Shown: positions 17,077 through 26,986, counted from the first letter of the whole stretch. The stretch is 61,403 nt of DNA, filler included, from Actinobacteria bacterium UBA7524 (GCA_002478275.1; 3 parts of 3 records of this genome joined end to end with filler, not necessarily neighbours in it), one strand, 5' to 3'. The notes: generated by a model not told the origin, from the letters alone. Translations and numbers: made by a program.

Positions 17077-17882
17077 AGATCGATCTCCACATCCAGGTTC
17101 GGGATCACGCGCCAGGGACTGACGGCATCGGCGGCGCCCCGAGGCGCGTCGGAAGCGAGCGCAACGGTCCGATACCGTTTGGAGCCGAGGACTCGGAGTA
17201 ACGAGTCGGCGAGCCGGGGCTGACCCGCTCGGTCCAACAGGTAGCCGAGGCGCTGGATCGCGGGGGTCTTGCGCAGTTGCGCGACCGCGCCGAGAGCTTC
17301 GGGTTCGAGGCGCTCAGCGAGCTCGAGCAGCACCGTGGCGACATTGCTCCAGCCACCGCAGGCCTCCGAGTAGCGCACGAGATCGAACGCCGTCGATTCA
17401 GGCGTGGACACGAGCATGGTGCCGGTCTCCGTCTGAACCCGGGTGGCGGGAGTCTCCCCGACCTGACGACTCATGTGGAAGGTGATGCGCGCGCGTCCTG
17501 CCACGCCCCCGCGGGTGGGACGGTCGGTGACGACCTGAAACGTCATCGGCTGCTGATGAGAAGCGCCGTGGATGGCTGCTGCGGATAGCAATCCCACGTA
17601 GTAGGGCTGGCCGAGGAAGCCCATCAGGTCGTCGATGAACCACGAGGGCGGCGGAGAGCCAGCCGTGCGGTACTCGGTGGGCACGATCACGTAGAAGCCG
17701 CGACGCGGCGCCACGATGCGACCACGCTTCTTGAGCCGGCGAAGGGCGTTGTCGACCGCTATCTCAGACGTCGGAAGTGCGGCTCGCGCATCCGCGTGAG
17801 AGAACGTGTAGATCCCCGTTGCCTGAAGCTGTTCGACGAACGCCGAGACGTCTTCAGGGGCTGTCACGTCTTGAATCGCCAT
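17073..17882 (-). CDS. abiEi: Type IV toxin-antitoxin antitoxin AbiEi
   Basis: RRGFYVIVP, YYVGLLSAAAIHGASHQQP and STPESTAFDL motifs; coupled to abiEii. Confidence 0.85.
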   Translation of the reverse strand: MAIQDVTAPEDVSAFVEQLQATGIYTFSHADARAALPTSEIAVDNALRRLKKRGRIVAPRRGFYVIVPTEYRTAGSPPPSWFIDDLMGFLGQPYYVGLLSAAAIHGASHQQPMTFQVVTDRPTRGGVAGRARITFHMSRQVGETPATRVQTETGTMLVSTPESTAFDLVRYSEACGGWSNVATVLLELAERLEPEALGAVAQLRKTPAIQRLGYLLDRAGQPRLADSLLRVLGSKRYRTVALASDAPRGAADAVSPWRVIPNLDVEIDL

Positions 17883-17974
17883 TTCACTTTCATAAGATAG
17901 CGCTCAACGCTGCTTTACGCAAGTAGATTGGCGTCTCGGAAGGAAGTTGGGAGCGACGCGACGCCAATGGAATC

Positions 17975-17998
17975 GGGCGACGAATCGGGCGACAAATC
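17975..17998. repeat. Tandem 12-bp repeat GGGCGAC(G/A)AATC x2
   Basis: Seen directly; second unit is 10/12 identical to the unit at 43-66 and lies 32 bp from a tRNA 3' end. Confidence 0.8.
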
Positions 17999-18030
17999 AG
18001 AGACCGCACCTTCTCTGACCTGCGGTTTTG

Positions 18031-18050
18031 TGGTGCCCCCAAGGGAATTC
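18031..18050 (-). tRNA. 3' end of a tRNA (probably Glu) or its att-site duplicate, cut by the contig end
   Basis: Minus strand GAATTCCCTTGGGGGCACCA = T-loop end, T stem, acceptor strand and CCA; followed by an ACCGCA..TGCGGT hairpin. Confidence 0.6.
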
Positions 18051-18150
18051 NNNNNNNNNNNNNNNNNNNNNNNNNNNNNNNNNNNNNNNNNNNNTTAATT
18101 AATTAANNNNNNNNNNNNNNNNNNNNNNNNNNNNNNNNNNNNNNNNNNNN
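18051..18150. other. Artificial contig linker
   Basis: 100-bp N run containing TTAATTAATTAA (stops in all frames). Confidence 0.97.
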
Positions 18151-18723
18151 TTCTGGGCCTGAGAGGAACTCCTCGACCACGACGGTCGCCCCAGCCTCGC
18201 CGAAGCGCCCCGCGAAGCACTCCCCGATCGCCTCTCGCGCAGTGGAGACGTCCATCGCCACCGTCACGCCCTTACCTGCGGCCAGCCCGTCGGCCTTGAC
18301 CACGATCGGCGCGCCGACCTCGTCGAGGTAAGCGAGAGCGCTCTCCGCATCGGTGAACGCCGAGGAGAACCCTGTCGGGATGCTGTAGCGCTTCATCAGG
18401 TCCTTCGCGAACGCCTTGCTGCCCTCGAGGCGCGCGCCGTCCGCACCCGGGCCGAACGCAGGGATGCCCACGGCGCGCACGTCGTCCGCAACGCCGGCGA
18501 CGAGCGGCGCCTCCGGGCCGATCACCACGAGGTCGACGCCGTGTTCTTGCGCGTACGAGGTCACCGCCGGGCCGCTCTCGATGTCGAGCGCGGCGTGGGT
18601 GGCCAGCGCCGCAGTACCGCCGTTACCGGGCGCGACGTGGATGCCGGTGACGAGCGGCGATTCGGCGAGCTTGGCGACGATGGCGTGCTCGCGACCGCCA
18701 CCGCCCAGGACGAGGATACGCAT
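18151..18723 (-). CDS. purD: Phosphoribosylamine-glycine ligase, 5' part
   Basis: MRILVLGGGGREHA, GPEAPLVAG, LEGSKAFAK, VVKADGLAAGKGV. Confidence 0.95.
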
Positions 18724-18889
18724 CGGGTGACCTCCCCGGAGATGGGTTGCGGATGGATCCCACCGATTGTAGCGCAGCGGTGACGGCGACGGGGGAGCCG
18801 CCGGTCTCGCGGGCGCGGGCGGCGCTCGGCCCAGGTCGACCGCGTGGCCGCGCGCCCGCCCCTGAGTGTTCACGCATGCTAGACTATCC

Positions 18890-18941
18890 GCGGGCGATGG
18901 AGCTCGCCTGTCTCAAACCGCTTCGGCTGATGGCTCCTACA
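18890..18941 (+). ncRNA. Fluoride riboswitch (crcB motif)
   Basis: GGCGATGGAGCTCGCC...AAACCGC TTCG GCTGATGGCTCCTAC fits the consensus; TAGACT -10 box upstream and crcB downstream. Confidence 0.9.
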
Positions 18942-18984
18942 CGTAGACGGTGTGGGAGCTGTTGTCGTCTTGGGAGGTCGGACC

Positions 18985-19365
18985 GTGCGGCTTGGCGATG
19001 TGATGGTAGTGATGCTGGGAGCCGGGCTCGGCGGAGGAGCGCGCTACGCCATATGCGGCTGGATAACCCACCGGTGGGGATCGAGCCTTCCCTGGCACAC
19101 CCTCGCCGTCAACATCACGGGTGCGTTCCTGATCGGTGTCCTGGCGTCCATCTCCATCGACCGCGAACTGCTGCCCGAGACGTGGCGCATCTTCCTTACC
19201 GCAGGCGTGCTCGGCGGCTACACGACTTTCTCGACGCTGTCCTACGAGAGCATCGTCCTGTTCGAGCGCGGCCTCGGGGTCCATGCCGCCGCCAACATGT
19301 TCGGCTCCGGAGCGGCCGGGCTCGTCGCTGTGGTGCTGGGACTGGCGGCGGGGCGGCTACTGTAG
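18985..19365 (+). CDS. crcB: Fluoride channel FluC/CrcB
   Basis: GGGARY, PWHTLAVN and GVLGGYTTFST motifs. Confidence 0.93.
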   Translation: MRLGDVMVVMLGAGLGGGARYAICGWITHRWGSSLPWHTLAVNITGAFLIGVLASISIDRELLPETWRIFLTAGVLGGYTTFSTLSYESIVLFERGLGVHAAANMFGSGAAGLVAVVLGLAAGRLL

Positions 19366-19387
19366 CGCGTGCCAGGCCTGCGAGTGT

Positions 19388-19765
19388 CTAGTGCCCCCCG
19401 CACACGTGACGCGCGTCCATCTCGTTGACGGCTCCATCAAGCACGAGCTTGACCGTATCACGGATGCCCTGTGTCTGATTCTCGAAGTAGACTTTGATAC
19501 CAGCGTCGTTGAACCCGGTGAGCGGACGCGAACCCATCCCCGCGACCACCAGCTCGTTCACCCCATGTGAAGCGAGTATGCCCACCGGCGCCATGCATCC
19601 GCCCTGTTCGTGTGGAGGGTTCTGAAGCACCCGCACGTCCGCGACCTCACCGTCGATCACTTCAACCAGCGTGAAGCAGTCACAGTGCCCGAAGTGCGCC
19701 GATCTCTCGCCTTCCAGGCCGCCCGCCCCATTGGAAGGAACCGCTAGTACTCTTCGCTCACTCAT
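19388..19765 (-). CDS. NifB/NifX-family (FeMo-cofactor-binding domain) protein
   Basis: SAHFGHCDCF and VAGMGSRP motifs. Confidence 0.8.
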   Translation of the reverse strand: MSERRVLAVPSNGAGGLEGERSAHFGHCDCFTLVEVIDGEVADVRVLQNPPHEQGGCMAPVGILASHGVNELVVAGMGSRPLTGFNDAGIKVYFENQTQGIRDTVKLVLDGAVNEMDARHVCGGH

Positions 19766-19820
19766 CACGATCTCCTTGGTCCTGGGACCTACCCGGCCCC
19801 ACGGTCGGCAAGTCGCCCGT

Positions 19821-20243
19821 TCACTCCGTGTCCTTCTTCATCGCCGCGGAAAGCGAGTCGGCCAGCAGGCCGGATAGACGCTCGCGTTCACGCAGGTGGG
19901 CCACCCAGTCCTCGGCCAGTTCGCGTCCCTCCGCAGTGAGTTCGTAGTCTCTGCGCTGTGGTCCGGAGTCGCCCTCGGCCCACACTGAGGTGACGAAACC
20001 CTCGTCTTCCAGGCGTCGAAGCACCCGGTACAGACCCCCGGCATCCACCTCGAGCTCACCGCCGGTCATCCGCTGGATCTCACGACGCAGGTCGTAACCG
20101 TGCGCGGACTTGGCAAGGAGTGCGGCGAGTGCGGCAGGTTCTACCAGAGCCCCCCGACCACCACCTCCCGCACGCCTGCAGCACGGACGCATGCCGCCGG
20201 CTGCACCGGGCCCCCTCGGCTCGTGTCCGTGGATCCGTCCCAT
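19821..20243 (-). CDS. PadR-family transcriptional regulator
   Basis: AHGYDL, GGLYRVLRRLE, SGPQRRDYELTAEG. Confidence 0.88.
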   Translation of the reverse strand: MGRIHGHEPRGPGAAGGMRPCCRRAGGGGRGALVEPAALAALLAKSAHGYDLRREIQRMTGGELEVDAGGLYRVLRRLEDEGFVTSVWAEGDSGPQRRDYELTAEGRELAEDWVAHLRERERLSGLLADSLSAAMKKDTE

Positions 20244-20392
20244 GGCTGCTTCGCCTCCATCTGCGATATCCATCTAGGTGTAGGTGACAGTATATGCAGC
20301 ATACATCTAGACAGTCAACACAGCATTTCGGATAGGAGGCTGAGTCGACTTCAGTCGGGGATTGCGCCATCAAGCGAACCGAGATGGACGCC

Positions 20393-20758
20393 TCAGGGCT
20401 TCTCTTCCTCGGACACGACCTCGGTCTTGAGCATGCCGACGAGCCGCTGCAGGCCCGCGAAGACGTTCTCCCGGATGTCACCCGCGACCAGCACGACCAT
20501 GATGTCGTCGCCGACCTGCAACAGGCCTTCGTTGATCCAGGCCCGCACAGCGAGCAACCCCTCCCAGGTGCGGGCCTCCTCGAGGATCTCGGCCAGGCGC
20601 TCCCGATCGACACCCAGCATCATCGAGCTGACCGGGTCTCCCGCACGCGTCGTCCCCCGCACCACACCTCGATGCATCAACATCATCCCGATCCCGGCGG
20701 CATCGGGCTGCGCCTTGACCTCATCCATCCACGCGTTCATGTCTGGAGCTTCGATCAC
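20393..20758 (-). CDS. moaE: MoaE-family molybdopterin synthase subunit
   Basis: GMMLMHRGVVR, GLLQVGDDIMVVLVAGDIR. Confidence 0.75.
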   Translation of the reverse strand: MIEAPDMNAWMDEVKAQPDAAGIGMMLMHRGVVRGTTRAGDPVSSMMLGVDRERLAEILEEARTWEGLLAVRAWINEGLLQVGDDIMVVLVAGDIRENVFAGLQRLVGMLKTEVVSEEEKP

Positions 20759-20776
20759 ACCAACATCTCCTCTCGG

Positions 20777-21505
20777 TTATCGGCGTGCAAGCGCGCCATG
20801 CAGTTCGCGAGCGTCTTGCTCGCTGTACATGTGTATCGCATAACGGACCTCTCGCCCGAATTCATCAGGGGCGAAGAAGGAGACGGCCCGGCCCGCCGCC
20901 ATCTTGTCCACCGCGGCCTTGAACGAGAGCAGAACGACCTCGAGACCGCCCTTCGCCCATCCTGCGCCCAGGTCGACCTCGCTCACGCACTCCAGGGGGA
21001 ATTCAACCGCAAGGAAGCGTCCGTTCTCGACCGCCGACAGCTCTCCGAACCCGGGCCACAAGCCTGCTCCCAGACTCGAAACGACCCAGTGGACGAAGAA
21101 CATGAGCGCAGCCAGGACGAGCCAGCGCCAGTCCAGCGAGACGGCGGCACCGGCCAGGATGGGAAAGACGACGGCGAACGCGAGGCCCTGGAGCCAGATC
21201 CAGACTTCGTACAGCCCACGCGGTACCCTGGGCCCGCTCACTGACATCCTCTCTCCGTCAAGCACCACGCGCACGCGGCCCGCGAAGCGCGCACCCACAC
21301 GGTAAGACCACCCGTCGAACACACGGGAGCCATCCGGGGCGGCTGCACCGTAGAGTGCAGACTCCACGGCACTCGCTTCTCTGAGCTCCGCTGCGCATCC
21401 GGACCTTCTGGTGAACAGCTGCGCGATCGCCCGCCCGACCCACACAAGCGACACCGATCCGGCACCCAAGACCACATACCACTTCCACGCATCCAGCTCG
21501 AACAT
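20777..21505 (-). CDS. Hypothetical membrane protein
   Basis: Three hydrophobic segments; start coupled to the upstream stop. Confidence 0.6.
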   Translation of the reverse strand: MFELDAWKWYVVLGAGSVSLVWVGRAIAQLFTRRSGCAAELREASAVESALYGAAAPDGSRVFDGWSYRVGARFAGRVRVVLDGERMSVSGPRVPRGLYEVWIWLQGLAFAVVFPILAGAAVSLDWRWLVLAALMFFVHWVVSSLGAGLWPGFGELSAVENGRFLAVEFPLECVSEVDLGAGWAKGGLEVVLLSFKAAVDKMAAGRAVSFFAPDEFGREVRYAIHMYSEQDARELHGALARR

Positions 21506-22299
21506 CAGCCCTCGCCTTCCGAAACGGCCTCTGCCAACGCTTCCCCGAACACGCCGGCGACCATCCTGGCGCCCCGGCTGTTGAGGTGCACTCCATCGAG
21601 CGTCATCACCAACCCTCGCGCCGAGGAGACCGCATCGAGCCCGGCAGGCGTCCTCAACATGATCGCGTCACGGACCACCGCCGAAGCGCTGGTCGGGAGG
21701 TAGTGCTCTTGACCTGTTCCTCGCTCCGGGTCGGCGGCACGGCCGGAGCGGGCTCGGTGCTCCGGGCCTCCCTCGCTTCCACCCTCTACCGTGCGCAGAC
21801 CGTCCGCGACATCGTGGAAGAACCGCTCCCGCATATCGACGTGCTGTACGTCAGGGTACTCCTCGGCAAGGTCGCGAATCACCGAACACAGCTCGTCGAG
21901 CTTGCGATTCCAGGGGTTGTGCGGGTCCTCGCCGATGGCAAGCGGGCAGACAGCCAGCACGTGCGACGAGCGTTCGAGAAGCACGTCGAGCAGGCGGCGG
22001 TAGCAACGGGAGAACTCCTCGGGACTGCGCGTCCTGGGCTTCGCGAGCACTCCGCGCACACGCGTGAGCGACGGCGATATCTCTGCGAACACGTCGTTGA
22101 CGCCGATGAACACGAACGTCACATCGGCTCGAGGCTTTCCGCGCATGCGTTGCGCGCGACGCAGCGCCCCGATGACCGAGTCGCCGCCCTGCGCGCAGGG
22201 GATGATCGTGTGACCGGGAAACCGGTCGCGGAGCATATCAACGTACGAGACGCCGGGTACGCCTGTTGTCAGACTGTCGCCGAAGATCTCGATGCGCAT
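21505..22299 (-). CDS. SGNH/GDSL hydrolase
   Basis: FGDSLT, IGVND and DGVHLN blocks. Confidence 0.88.
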   Translation of the reverse strand: MRIEIFGDSLTTGVPGVSYVDMLRDRFPGHTIIPCAQGGDSVIGALRRAQRMRGKPRADVTFVFIGVNDVFAEISPSLTRVRGVLAKPRTRSPEEFSRCYRRLLDVLLERSSHVLAVCPLAIGEDPHNPWNRKLDELCSVIRDLAEEYPDVQHVDMRERFFHDVADGLRTVEGGSEGGPEHRARSGRAADPERGTGQEHYLPTSASAVVRDAIMLRTPAGLDAVSSARGLVMTLDGVHLNSRGARMVAGVFGEALAEAVSEGEG

Positions 22300-22505
22300 C
22301 GCCCGTCTCCGCTCCCGCTCACCGCTCGCACGGCCGCCGCACGCCTACTTCCGCTCGCACGGCCGCCGCACTACCATTCTAGCCGGAAAACGGCAGCACA
22401 ACCGTGCCGGATCGGCGGTGCGCGACCCCTGACAGGAGTATGATGTCATCATGTCGGGAGCCGTGTACCGGCCAGACCGGACGACGACACGAGAGGGAGG
22501 CATAC

Positions 22506-22721
22506 ATGGAACCTTTGTTGTTGCTCGCGATCTTCTTGTTCGCGTACGGCGCGCTGGTCCTGGTGACCGCCATCTTCAAGCCCGCACCGATCTGGAAGAT
22601 GGCCAAGATCCAGGGGTTCATCAAGCTGCTCGGCGAGACGGGCACCGTCGTGCTGTTCGTCATCGTCGGGATCGCCGCGCTCGTGGGCGGCTACTTCTCG
22701 CTCATCAACGCCGACCTGTAA
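22506..22721 (+). CDS. Small two-TM membrane protein
   Basis: GGAGG RBS, two hydrophobic helices, typical codon bias. Confidence 0.7.
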   Translation: MEPLLLLAIFLFAYGALVLVTAIFKPAPIWKMAKIQGFIKLLGETGTVVLFVIVGIAALVGGYFSLINADL

Positions 22722-22770
22722 AGCAGTCAGAACCAGGCGGCCGAACGCAGGTCAGGTGCCCGGAAAGGAC

Positions 22771-22804
22771 AGGACCGGGCGTCCCATGTGGGGCACCCGG
22801 TCCT
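22771..22804. terminator. Hairpin between convergent genes
   Basis: AGGACCGGG...CCCGGTCCT stem. Confidence 0.6.
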
Positions 22805-22825
22805 TGTACGCTCATGCAAGTACGC

Positions 22826-23129
22826 TTAGATGGCACGCACCTGAGTCGCCTGCTGCTTGCCGTTCTGGCCGGTGGCCTCGGTGAACGAGACGGCCTGACC
22901 CTCGTCGAGGGTCTTGAAGCCCTCCGACTGGATCTCGGAGAAGTGGACGAANNNNNNNNNNNNNNNNNNNNNNNNNNNNNNNNNNNNNNNNNNNNNNNNN
23001 NNNNNNNNNNNNNNNNNNNNNNNNNNNNNNNNNNNNNNNNNAGTGGACGAACAGGTCGTCGCCATCCTCGCGCTCGATGAAGCCGTAGCCCTTGTCAGCG
23101 TTGAACCACTTTACCTTGCCTTCTGCCAT
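22826..23129 (-). CDS. cspA: Cold-shock protein (67 aa once the false gap is closed)
   Basis: [15 protein letters not shown] and LFVHFSEI; AGTGGACGAA is duplicated on both sides of the N gap. Confidence 0.93.
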
Positions 23130-23422
23130 GCAAACCCATCCTCTCGCCCCACCTTCGGGGCAAAACAAAACGACGTGACCATTTCCACCAGAATGCGGTG
23201 TGTCACGTCGCAATCCTACGGACCCTTTGGCCCGCCTGCGTGACAGGATAGCACGTTCAGGGCCACAGTGTGCGCAAACCCGTGAAATTCTACGCGAACC
23301 AAGCAACCGGCAGGCGCGCGAGCTAGAGCGCGAGCAGTACCTCAGGAAACGCAGCGACCGCGCCGAAGATTGCGGCAACGCCGATAGGGACCGCACGCGT
23401 CCTACAACCCCGCCCCCTCCGG

Positions 23423-24478
23423 CTAACCGGTCCGAACCGCTTCGACAGCTCTCTCGACCTTGACGGCCGGTCCGGCGACCAACACATGCTCCACGTTCCG
23501 GAGACGCCCGACCTTGCCGACCTTCTTGCCGGAAGGATCGAAGATACCGATCTGCGCCCCCACGTATCGTTTCGAGTCGAAGTCGAGAAGCTCGACATGC
23601 TCGTGCCCGGCCTCAAGGAGCCAGCCTCGGATGTCCTCGGCCGTGACCCACGATTCGTCGTTGTACGATACCACGACCGTTTCCGCGTCAACGTCGCATA
23701 TCACCCGTCGCAAGGCATCGGGCATCTCGGCCTTCGAGTTGAAAGGGCTCTTCGTTGCGTCGTCGCGCGAATCGACACGCTTGCAGGCGACCCCGTAGTG
23801 CTCGGGCGCGTCCCACCTGACCAACGTCTCCCACACGTGATAGTTGGTGAAGTACCGGTGCTGGTTGTACGGCGGGTCGAGATAGGCGAGGTCGAAACGG
23901 CCGAGGCTCCCCGCGAGGCTCCCCGCATCACCCAGCACCGCCCGTCCCGACCCGGGCAGCAGTGCCGGGACCCGCAACTCCAGATCGTTGTGTGCGCGCG
24001 GCGCCCAACTCTTCAGATAGGCCATCTGCACGCCCGTAGTGGAGTCGACGCGGTCCGCCGCCAGCATGAGCGAGGTCAGCAGCACGGGGAACAGCGGATC
24101 TTCGCGGTAGTGGAGCTCGAGGTGGTCGCGGATCGAGTCGATCCTCATCCCATTCCTGGGCTGGAAGTAGCGCGCCTGCTCGCAGAAGACCTCGGTGACG
24201 TACCCCCTCTTTCCCGGCAGCGCCTCCAGTTCGCCGAGGATACCTTCTAGCCTCTCCATATCCACCATCGCTGCGTCGGTTTCGATGTAGCACTGTGCGA
24301 GCACGTGCGCGTACGTGGCGGAATCGACCGCGGTGACGGCGCATCCACCCTTCTTGAACTCCTGCGCCACGCGCGTCGTTCCGCTGAACAGGTCCAGCGC
24401 CGTCCGCGTTTCGACGGCGCCGGCGATCGCTCCCAGCACCCCGACGAGCACCCGCTTCGAACCCAGGTACTTGATCAA
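23423..24478 (-). CDS. DNA adenine methyltransferase (D12 class), orphan
   Basis: IKYLGSK, DLFSGT and YLDPPYN motifs. Confidence 0.88.
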   Translation of the reverse strand: MIKYLGSKRVLVGVLGAIAGAVETRTALDLFSGTTRVAQEFKKGGCAVTAVDSATYAHVLAQCYIETDAAMVDMERLEGILGELEALPGKRGYVTEVFCEQARYFQPRNGMRIDSIRDHLELHYREDPLFPVLLTSLMLAADRVDSTTGVQMAYLKSWAPRAHNDLELRVPALLPGSGRAVLGDAGSLAGSLGRFDLAYLDPPYNQHRYFTNYHVWETLVRWDAPEHYGVACKRVDSRDDATKSPFNSKAEMPDALRRVICDVDAETVVVSYNDESWVTAEDIRGWLLEAGHEHVELLDFDSKRYVGAQIGIFDPSGKKVGKVGRLRNVEHVLVAGPAVKVERAVEAVRTG

Positions 24479-24630
24479 CCGCGTCCCATTCCTCGCGCGT
24501 CTTCAGTGCTGCAAGTGTAGGGCACCAGGAGTTGAGGTGGCACAGTGGAGTATGATTTCATATCGCCCAGCCAATGACAGCGCACGCGCCATGCGCACGT
24601 GCAGGCCGAAAGATGCGAGAAGGAGCGGAT

Positions 24631-25941
24631 GTGGACAGCTTCGACTACAAAGACGGCGTCCTGTACTGCGAGGACGTATCGGTCGACGAGATCGCGCAGC
24701 GCTTCGGCACGCCGCTCTACGTCTACTCCCGGGACACGTTGATCGACCACTTCGCAAGGTTCGCGAAGGCGTTCGAAGCGATCGACCCGCTCGTGTGCTT
24801 CTCGGTCAAGGCTCTGAGCAACATGCGCTTGCTGGCAGAGCTCGGCCGCGCCGGCGCCGGCATCGACACCGTGAGCGGCGGCGAGCTGCACCGGGCGATC
24901 ACCGCGGGCGTGGACGTCGACCGCATCGTCTTCGCCGGTGTGGGCAAGTCAGAACAAGAGCTTCGCACCGCGGTCGCCGCCGGCATCCGCTCCATCAACG
25001 TGGAGTCCGAGGCTGAGTTGGAGCTGCTCTCCGCCATCGCCGCCGAGGAAGGTCGCAGGCCCCGGGTCGCCATCCGGGTCAACCCCGACGTCGCGCCGGG
25101 CGATCGCACGCCGGCCAAGACCACGACCGGCACGCGCGGCAACAAGTTCGGTGTGGACATCGAAGACGCCGCCGACCTGTTCGAGCGCGCAACACGCGAC
25201 GAGAACCTGGAGATGGACGGTGTGCATATCCACTTGGGCAGCCCCATCTTCCTCCCTGAGGTCTATGGGCTGGGGATAGATCGCGTGCTTGCTCTAGTGG
25301 CGGACCTCGCGGCACGCGGAGTCAAGGTGAACACCATCAACATCGGTGGGGGTTACGCCGCCGAGTACGAGTCGGACAGTGCTCCAAGCTGGGACGACTA
25401 TGCCGCGGTCATATGTCCGAAACTGCAGGACTTCGTAGATGCGGGCGGTAAGGTGGTCATGGAGCCGGGCCGCACGATCGCGGCTAACTCCGCTTCACTC
25501 CTGACCACCGTCCTGTATGTCAAGAAGGCCGGAGACAACAACGTCGCTGTAGTCGACGCGGGCATGTCGCACTTCGTACGCACCGCGATCTACGGTAGCT
25601 CGCACTTCATCTGGCCGGTGAAGCCGGCAGACGGCCTGGCCCCCGAATCCAGGGACATGCCCGAGGAAGGCCCAGGGCTGACACGCTACGACGTCGCAGG
25701 TCCCATCTGCGAATCGAGTGACTACCTCGGCAAGGCGCGCATGCTGCCGGGCCTGAAGCGGGGTGACGTGCTCTGCGTCTTCTCTACCGGCGCATACGGC
25801 ATGACGATGGCGAGTAACTACAACAGCCAGCCCCGGCCCGCAGAGGTGCTCGTCGACGGTGATGATGCGTTCCTCATCCGCCGTCGAGAGACCTACGAGG
25901 ACCTCATCGCACTCGAGATGCCCGACGACGGCAGACTGTAG
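24631..25941 (+). CDS. lysA: Diaminopimelate decarboxylase
   Basis: FGTPLYVY, FSVKA, VSGGEL, NKFG, HIHLGS, EPGR, GPICESSD, MASNYN. Confidence 0.92.
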   Translation: MDSFDYKDGVLYCEDVSVDEIAQRFGTPLYVYSRDTLIDHFARFAKAFEAIDPLVCFSVKALSNMRLLAELGRAGAGIDTVSGGELHRAITAGVDVDRIVFAGVGKSEQELRTAVAAGIRSINVESEAELELLSAIAAEEGRRPRVAIRVNPDVAPGDRTPAKTTTGTRGNKFGVDIEDAADLFERATRDENLEMDGVHIHLGSPIFLPEVYGLGIDRVLALVADLAARGVKVNTINIGGGYAAEYESDSAPSWDDYAAVICPKLQDFVDAGGKVVMEPGRTIAANSASLLTTVLYVKKAGDNNVAVVDAGMSHFVRTAIYGSSHFIWPVKPADGLAPESRDMPEEGPGLTRYDVAGPICESSDYLGKARMLPGLKRGDVLCVFSTGAYGMTMASNYNSQPRPAEVLVDGDDAFLIRRRETYEDLIALEMPDDGRL

Positions 25942-25965
25942 CGAGAAGACACCGAGGGGGAGCCG

Positions 25966-26676
25966 ATGAAGAAGATACTCGGGCAAGTCGCGCTGGGCTG
26001 CGCGATCTCAATCCTTGTCCTGAGCTCCGGATGCGGGCAAGTCGAATCCTCGGCGGCGCCCGAAACGGACGATGTGTTCACACGCCTCGTCCATGAGGCC
26101 GACCAGGCGATGGCCTCAGGAGACGCGAAGGCCGCGTTCGACCTGTACACGGACGCCCTCGCAAGCGACGGCGCTTCCGACCCTGACGGATCCGTAGCAG
26201 CCAAACAAGAACAGGCAAAGCACCTGTTCATTGCCCGAAACCTCCTCGCAAAGAAGACGAATCTCGGAATCAACAACTACGTCGCTATCGTGGTGGAGCA
26301 TTCCTCGGCGGAAACGGAGACGGCCGAAGCAAAGCGCAGGATACACGCGTTCTTCGGTGAACAACACGACCAGATGTTGAAGGAACTGGCACAGCTGAAG
26401 ACTGGGATAAAGTCCGAGGAGCCCTACAAGATCCCCCTCTCGGTCATCATGGCCACGGGTGCCTCAGGAGAGGAGTGGGCTCACGCCCTGACGCGACTCG
26501 ATGGAGAATTCGGAGTGCAGATGCGTCGGGCATCGGACCTGCTGTGTCTCGCTGGGACTCAGGCCAGCAAGTGTGGTGACCGCACATGGGTGAACGAAGC
26601 CCTCGCAGACGTCGCCGAAGCGGAGGGCACTCTCGCATCTCTGAAGGCACATCTCGATTCATGCCCGCCTGAGTGA
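25966..26676 (+). CDS. Hypothetical lipoprotein, helical
   Basis: MKK signal peptide with SSGC lipobox. Confidence 0.65.
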   Translation: MKKILGQVALGCAISILVLSSGCGQVESSAAPETDDVFTRLVHEADQAMASGDAKAAFDLYTDALASDGASDPDGSVAAKQEQAKHLFIARNLLAKKTNLGINNYVAIVVEHSSAETETAEAKRRIHAFFGEQHDQMLKELAQLKTGIKSEEPYKIPLSVIMATGASGEEWAHALTRLDGEFGVQMRRASDLLCLAGTQASKCGDRTWVNEALADVAEAEGTLASLKAHLDSCPPE

Positions 26677-26831
26677 GCGGTACCCCGTTTCGCGGTACGG
26701 GCACCAGTCAGGCGACGGTCCGCGGTAGTACTCGCCGGTCCGAGCCAAGCGCACGTCACCCGACCCTGTAGCCCACCTTCATGTATGCCGATTACCAGTG
26801 ATGGAGTCCATGACGAAAGGACACCGTCTCC

Positions 26832-26984
26832 GTGCGCGAAGACCGTCTGACAGAAGTGCAGCGAGACTCGCTATGGAAGTGGCGCTGGCTCGGGTTTCGC
26901 AACAGCACGCCGGCGTTCAAGGGGAGCCTGGTTCTCCTCGGAATCGCAACGTTGTATATCGCTGTGCGGGCGCTGGCCGGCTGA
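26832..26984 (+). CDS. Possible 50-aa single-TM small protein (not in ORF track)
   Basis: AAAGGA RBS, GTG start, MREDRL...SLVLLGIATLYIAVRALAG. Confidence 0.35.
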   Translation: MREDRLTEVQRDSLWKWRWLGFRNSTPAFKGSLVLLGIATLYIAVRALAG

Positions 26985-26986
26985 AC

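Noticed and set aside
18051..18150. TTAATTAATTAA palindrome inside N runs (also 34187-34286)
   Set aside because: Artificial contig-joining linker; no adjacency between the three contigs can be inferred, so the integron is not shown to be linked to the hgc block
22942..23051. Apparent split or duplicated cold-shock gene
   Set aside because: The same 10 bp flank both sides of the N gap; closing it gives one normal 67-aa CspA
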